Assembly: GCA_016200045.1 (NCBI GenBank)
Contig: JACQFN010000005.1
Coordinates: 38,205-102,204, forward strand
From: Nitrososphaerota archaeon
GTDB lineage: Archaea; Thermoproteota; Nitrososphaeria; Nitrososphaerales; Gagatemarchaeaceae
DNA: 64,000 bases
Direction of reading: 5' to 3'
Each line of letters begins with the position of its first letter. The first letter of the stretch is position 1. Both the position numbers and the translations under genes were made by a program. Of this stretch, positions 59,790 through 64,000 are shown in pieces. The notes below the pieces were generated by a model. It searched no databases and was not told the DNA's origin. It saw nothing but the letters and a program-made list of their open reading frames with translations.

Positions 59790-60054
59790 ATGCCCCTCAA
59801 ACAGAGCAAGGGACAGGGGCTCGTTCCCCAAGTGGGTGGGCGGCTCGATGTCGATGATACCCACCTGCTCCAGCGGACCCAATCTTCTGGATGCGTCACG
59901 CGAACATCGACAGGCTATGGTGGAAGTGGTACAAGAGCCCGGCTGGTGCGGGGAAAACCCGAGCCTGTCAGGGTCGGCTGCGATCATGGACCCGTGGGCC
60001 TACGCGGAACCGGCCACGAGAGACATCATCGCTCTGGGCTATGACTATCCGTAG
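59790..60054 (+). pseudogene. tyrosinase (type 3 copper) C-terminal remnant, frameshifted and lacking the CuA half
   Basis: Frame 2 reads (stop)YPPAPADPIFWMRHANIDRLWWKWYKS, the CuB third-His / DRLW motif. It then continues in frame 1 as ENPSLSGSAAIMDPWAYAEPATRDIIALGYDYP(stop). No upstream CuA-encoding sequence is present. Confidence 0.55.
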
Positions 60055-60137
60055 GATTGGCTTGGCTACCACTGGCGACAGAATCACTTCGACAGATTCC
60101 TTAAACCGGTGGGCCCTGCCGAACTTGTCGGCCTAGA

Positions 60138-61697
60138 ATGCAGCCCGCACCCGTCAAAGGCGTCGCTCCGACGCAGGCATCGGAGGCGGGTCTTTGGGAG
60201 CCCGTCAAGTTTCAGTTCCAACACCTGCCGATCCACGTCGCCCTTCTTCGCACCGGGAAGATCCTGGCATTCGGAGGCACGGGCAACGACGAAAAGGCCG
60301 CGGCCCCCCACCCGGCAGAGCTCTTCGACCCGAAGTCCGGGGAAGTCCGGACGATCGACCAGAAATTGGAAGCCGACCTGTTCTGCGCAGGCCACTCCTT
60401 CCTCGCCGACGGCAGGCTCCTCGTCGCCGGTGGAACTAACAAGTACGACGGCGGCCTTTTCGGTTACCCGTTCCCTCCGTTCACAGGCACCGAGCAGTCA
60501 TACCTGTTCGACCCGGCAACGGAGCTCTGGACGAGGGCGGAGGACATGGCCAACGGGCGTTGGTACCCTACTCTGGTAACCCTCGGCGACGGGAGGGTCC
60601 TGACCACGGCAGGCCTGACCAAAGGCTTTCCGTGGGTCTTTCTGCGCGAAGTCGAGGTCTATTCGGTCGGTCACGGATGGCACCGTCTTCCGGGAGCGGA
60701 CAGATGGCTCCCGCTCTACCCCCGTCTCCACCTCCTCCCCAGCGGTGACGTCTTCTACTCAGGGTCCTACAACACTCACTATACCTTCCCGTTTGACCTG
60801 AGGGGTTTCCCGACGGCCACGCTGAACGTCGGCACCGGTGAGTGGCACGATATCGGCCTCCCCAACAAGTCTGAGAGGGAAGAGGGGACCTGCGTGCTCC
60901 TGCCGCTCGTCCCGCCGGACTACAGGGCGAAGGTGCTGCTTGCAGGCGGGGGCGACACCGGAGGGAAGGTACCCATCCCCGACTCCGAGGTCATCGACCT
61001 TTCAGTCCCGAGCCCCAAATGGCGGCAGGTCGACCCGATGAAGAATCCCCGGTACTACGCGTATCCGGTGATCCTCCCCGACAAGAATATCCTGGTGATC
61101 GGGGGCCGCGAGGGGGAGAAGGGCATGGCGGGGATGGACCTCCCCAAGGGCGTCGAGTACGGTATGGGGGGTTCCACTTCTGCCGTGGTCCCCCACGACT
61201 CCATGGCCGTCAACGACCCCGAACTCTTCGACCCCAAGATGGAGAAGTGGACGACTATGGCGACCATGAAACTCGACAGGCTATACCACTCAAACGCACT
61301 CCTCCTCCCTGACGGGAGGGTGATGACCTGCGGGAGCAACCCTGCGCGAAGGGTCAACGAGTTGAGAATCGAGATCTACCATCTCCCTTACATGTTAAAG
61401 GGTCCCCGGCCACGGATACTGTCAGTCGGGGGGAAGGCGTCGTATGGGGGGACGTTCGAAATCGAGACGCCGGATGCGGAAAGCATCCAGGAGGTGGCTC
61501 TGATCCGTTCCGCCGCCACCACACACTGCGTCAACACCGACCAGAGATACGTCGGCCTTACCTTCAGCGTCAGGAACCCGACGGCCCTCTCTGCTGCACT
61601 ACCGGGCAACAGGAACCTGGCTCCCCCGGGATTCTACATGGTGTTCGCGGTCCGCGAAGGAATCCCGTCGGAGGCCGCTTGGGTGAACCTAAGCTGA
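60138..61697 (+). CDS. galactose oxidase / glyoxal oxidase-like protein (kelch-type propeller plus DUF1929 C-terminal domain)
   Basis: Repeated GR(L/V)L..GG blades (DGRLLVAGG, DGRVLTTAG, KVLLAGGG, NILVIGGR, DGRVMTCGSNP). C-terminus IEIYHLPYM..PRPRI...ALIRSAATTHCVNTDQRYVGL...APPGFYMVFAV. Confidence 0.75.
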   Translation: MQPAPVKGVAPTQASEAGLWEPVKFQFQHLPIHVALLRTGKILAFGGTGNDEKAAAPHPAELFDPKSGEVRTIDQKLEADLFCAGHSFLADGRLLVAGGTNKYDGGLFGYPFPPFTGTEQSYLFDPATELWTRAEDMANGRWYPTLVTLGDGRVLTTAGLTKGFPWVFLREVEVYSVGHGWHRLPGADRWLPLYPRLHLLPSGDVFYSGSYNTHYTFPFDLRGFPTATLNVGTGEWHDIGLPNKSEREEGTCVLLPLVPPDYRAKVLLAGGGDTGGKVPIPDSEVIDLSVPSPKWRQVDPMKNPRYYAYPVILPDKNILVIGGREGEKGMAGMDLPKGVEYGMGGSTSAVVPHDSMAVNDPELFDPKMEKWTTMATMKLDRLYHSNALLLPDGRVMTCGSNPARRVNELRIEIYHLPYMLKGPRPRILSVGGKASYGGTFEIETPDAESIQEVALIRSAATTHCVNTDQRYVGLTFSVRNPTALSAALPGNRNLAPPGFYMVFAVREGIPSEAAWVNLS

Positions 61698-61710
61698 GGC
61701 CCATCGTAAA

Positions 61711-62157
61711 ATGTGTTCTGCTACAGGGAGCTTCCAAATGTTCTTATGGAGTGGCGGCAAAAGAGGAATCTTGGGGCATCGGACTCCGGTGGCAACCAGA
61801 CTCGAGTGGGTCGAGGCCAGGGCCCGAAACTATGAGAGACTGAAAGAATTCTACGGCAAGACCCTAGGACTGCCTTTGAATTTCGAAGAGGAACGAAAGG
61901 ACTTCATTCAGTTCAAGGTTGGCCCATCGAAGACATACCTCGCGATCCTGGACACAAAGAAGACGGGGATGACAAGGGCTGACGGGTTCGTTCCTACCTT
62001 CGAGGTCTCGGACCTGAAGAAATTCATCAGGGGGATGAAGAGGAAAGGGGTGAAGGTCGGGGAGCACATCGCCGAAGGCGACCACGTCAGGCTGGTCGAC
62101 TTCTATGACCCGAACGGAAACCTGCTGCAGGCCTTCCAATGGAAGAGGAAACCCTGA
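61711..62157 (+). CDS. VOC (glyoxalase/bleomycin-resistance) family protein
   Basis: LKEFYGKTLGLPL...FIQFKVG...LVDFYDPNGNLLQAF. The start is possibly downstream. Confidence 0.6.
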   Translation: MCSATGSFQMFLWSGGKRGILGHRTPVATRLEWVEARARNYERLKEFYGKTLGLPLNFEEERKDFIQFKVGPSKTYLAILDTKKTGMTRADGFVPTFEVSDLKKFIRGMKRKGVKVGEHIAEGDHVRLVDFYDPNGNLLQAFQWKRKP

Positions 62158-62200
62158 TAGCGCCCCCAAGATGAGAGTGGCCACGGCTAAAAATGCTCGG

Positions 62201-62704
62201 CTATTCGCCTACTAGCTTGAGACCGTATTTGGCCTTGAGCGCTGGAACCCATTCGTCGCTGAAGCTCAGTCCGTACTTTCGACGAAGCTCGGCACGCTTC
62301 TCCGCATCAGGGGATCCACCTATGCTGGGAATCGCAGCAAGCTCTTCGAAGTAGTGCACAAATCCCCCAGGCGTTATGATTTCTATCAGCCGTGCCTCCT
62401 TCGGCCCCGGGTTCCAGAAAGTATGCCGGACGCCTCGGGGTTTGAAGACCCAGGTACCAGGCCCGGCAGCGACTTCATGATCACCGACCCTCACTCCAAC
62501 CATGCCTTCGACGACGTAGGAGATTTCGTCTTCGCTTGTGTGAGTGTGAGGCCTGACGAGCCTTCCGGGATCGATGGGATGCTCGACCACTGCGAGTGAT
62601 CCGCCCGTGTCTTCAGGCAGGACCTTGTAGAGTACACCCAGACCTCCCAGTGAAAGCGACCTGCCTTCCGCCGGCGGAATCACGAGATGAGCGTCGTTGA
62701 TCAT
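62201..62704 (-). CDS. cupin domain protein
   Basis: RPHTHTSEDEISYVVEGMVGVRVGD...GTWVFKPRGVRHTFWN is the two-motif cupin signature. Confidence 0.75.
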   Translation of the reverse strand: MINDAHLVIPPAEGRSLSLGGLGVLYKVLPEDTGGSLAVVEHPIDPGRLVRPHTHTSEDEISYVVEGMVGVRVGDHEVAAGPGTWVFKPRGVRHTFWNPGPKEARLIEIITPGGFVHYFEELAAIPSIGGSPDAEKRAELRRKYGLSFSDEWVPALKAKYGLKLVGE

Positions 62705-62787
62705 GTTAATCGACGGAGCCCCTTCAGCATTAGGACTTGTGCGAGGGCGGTCGGGAGCCCCTCGGTGAGCCGCGTCCTCTCAAGTGC

Positions 62788-63957
62788 TCACTTCCCCCTT
62801 GGCTTGCTTCCCGCTATGACCACGGATTCCGCTCCGAAGGTCTTCGTAAGCCGCTTGGTGTTTTCCGACGGACTTGAAGCAAAGTAGTCCAGGCGCTTGA
62901 TAACCTTTGCGTCGCCGAACCCTGCTTCCTTGATGGACTTCATGTACTCGCTTTCGACCGCCGCTCCTCCTATGCAGTCGGCCCACAGTTGTGGAATCAA
63001 GCCACATACCTTCTGGACGTTGCTCTGCACGACTATGTCGGATATCTGAATCTTCCCGCCAGGTCTGAGCACCCTGTAAATCTCGCGGAAAGCTTTAGCC
63101 TTGTCCGGGACCAAGTTGAGAACCCCGTTGCTCGTCACGACGTCGACGCTGGCATCGTCAAGCGGGATTTCAGTGGCGTCCCCCTTCAATATCTTGACGT
63201 TCTTCGCTCCCATCTTCTCGATGTTCGCCCTCGCCTTCTCAATCATGGCATCGGTAATGTCAAGTCCGAAGACCTTTCCCTTAGGCCCTGTCCTGAGGGA
63301 CGAGAACAGCACGTCGGTGCCGGACCCTGAGCCGATGTCGAGGACGGTGTCGCCTGCCTTGATGGCGTCAGCGGCGTGAGGATAGCCGACCCCGGCAAAA
63401 GACTCGAGCGCAGTTTCAGGTATCTTCTCTATCTCCTTGGAATAGCCCACGAACTTGAGCGCCTCCCTCCCCAGCGGGAAGTGGTATCCTTTTCGCGGGT
63501 CGTTAGCGACCTGGGTGTAGAGTCCCTTGACTGCCTTGGTGATCACCTCGTTCATCTCGCTTTGAGATTCCTCCTTGGATGAGCCGACGTGAGAAGCCTT
63601 CGCCTCCTCGACGCTCATCTTGGACTTTGAGGTCTTCGCCGAGTACCTCCACCCGACCGCGCCGAATGGAAACTCCCTGCGCTCGAGGAGACCCCCTGTG
63701 GAGAGGATCTTCATCCTGCCTTCCACGTCATAGTCGGAGATTCCGAAGACCTCGGACAACTCCTTGGGAAAGATCGTCGCGCCCTGATGCCGCTCGAAGT
63801 ACTCCAGAATGTCGACAGGGACCCTCCTTTCCAGCGTGACGCCAGCTGTCTTCTCGAGGGCACTCTGGTGCTCGCCTGATTCGAAGGTATTAGAGACCGC
63901 CACCCCCTTCCCTGTTCGCCTGTTGATGTACTTCAGAGTGAGGAAGCTTACGTCCAT
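62788..63957 (-). CDS. ArsM-like class I SAM methyltransferase with N-terminal winged-helix domain
   Basis: YTQVANDPRKGYHFPLGRE...VLDIGSGSGTDV...VFGLDITDAMIEKAR...VVTSNGVLNLVPDK...LRPGGKIQISD...LWADCIGGA parallels arsenite methyltransferases, but GVGYP and SNGV replace the Cys-containing GCGNP and SNCV. Confidence 0.65.
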   Translation of the reverse strand: MDVSFLTLKYINRRTGKGVAVSNTFESGEHQSALEKTAGVTLERRVPVDILEYFERHQGATIFPKELSEVFGISDYDVEGRMKILSTGGLLERREFPFGAVGWRYSAKTSKSKMSVEEAKASHVGSSKEESQSEMNEVITKAVKGLYTQVANDPRKGYHFPLGREALKFVGYSKEIEKIPETALESFAGVGYPHAADAIKAGDTVLDIGSGSGTDVLFSSLRTGPKGKVFGLDITDAMIEKARANIEKMGAKNVKILKGDATEIPLDDASVDVVTSNGVLNLVPDKAKAFREIYRVLRPGGKIQISDIVVQSNVQKVCGLIPQLWADCIGGAAVESEYMKSIKEAGFGDAKVIKRLDYFASSPSENTKRLTKTFGAESVVIAGSKPRGK

Positions 63958-64000
63958 CTCCGCTTTCTCGTGTTCGAATAGCGACCGCGTCTTGTCTGAC

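Noticed and set aside
1-64000. Scanned for CRISPR arrays, rRNA genes, IS elements or transposases, integrases, and long tandem or inverted repeats
   Set aside because: None were recognised by eye. The only mobile-type element supported is the nuoB intein. A computational repeat search could still reveal short repeats that I missed.

Overview
High-GC (roughly 60% by eye, not computed), gene-dense archaeal chromosomal segment. It holds about 75 protein genes and two intron-containing tRNA genes. I recognised no rRNA, CRISPR array, transposase or integrase. The archaeal call rests on several observations: a group II chaperonin (thermosome); TATA-like boxes (about AACTAAATA / TTAAATA) sitting 25-30 nt upstream of many start codons, implying leaderless mRNAs; tRNA introns; a LAGLIDADG intein; TrmB/HxlR/ArsR-type regulators; and a PEF-CTERM sorting signal. 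The thermosome and nuo genes look Thermoplasmata-like, but I cannot place the lineage firmly. Most content is housekeeping or metabolism: nuoABCD, citrate synthase, proline dehydrogenase with an Xaa-Pro peptidase, PolX, gamma-glutamyltransferase, AlaX and various hydrolases. The observations most worth follow-up are listed here. (1) A full-length LAGLIDADG intein lies exactly between the tandem cysteines of the NuoB Fe-S cluster N2 motif. (2) A DCC-family thiol oxidoreductase gene is wedged into a nuo cluster that stops after nuoD. (3) A translationally coupled HerA-like ATPase and oversized NurA-like nuclease occur without mre11/rad50. (4) A 921-aa protein fuses a P-loop-less KaiC-like domain, a class III nucleotidyl cyclase, a TolB-like module and TPR repeats. 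(5) A solitary ESCRT-III/Snf7-like gene is present. (6) A NirK-type copper nitrite reductase carries a C-terminally tethered cupredoxin, within a copper-protein-rich neighbourhood that includes a decayed tyrosinase remnant next to a galactose-oxidase-like gene. (7) A 3.6-kb AT-richer cassette lies beside an orphan tRNA 3' fragment. (8) A 110-nt tRNA-Arg(CCU)-like gene has about 35 extra nucleotides and C at position 33. All family calls come from motif recognition by eye, with no searches run. Many starts were refined using TATA spacing or ATGA/GTGA overlaps and remain provisional.
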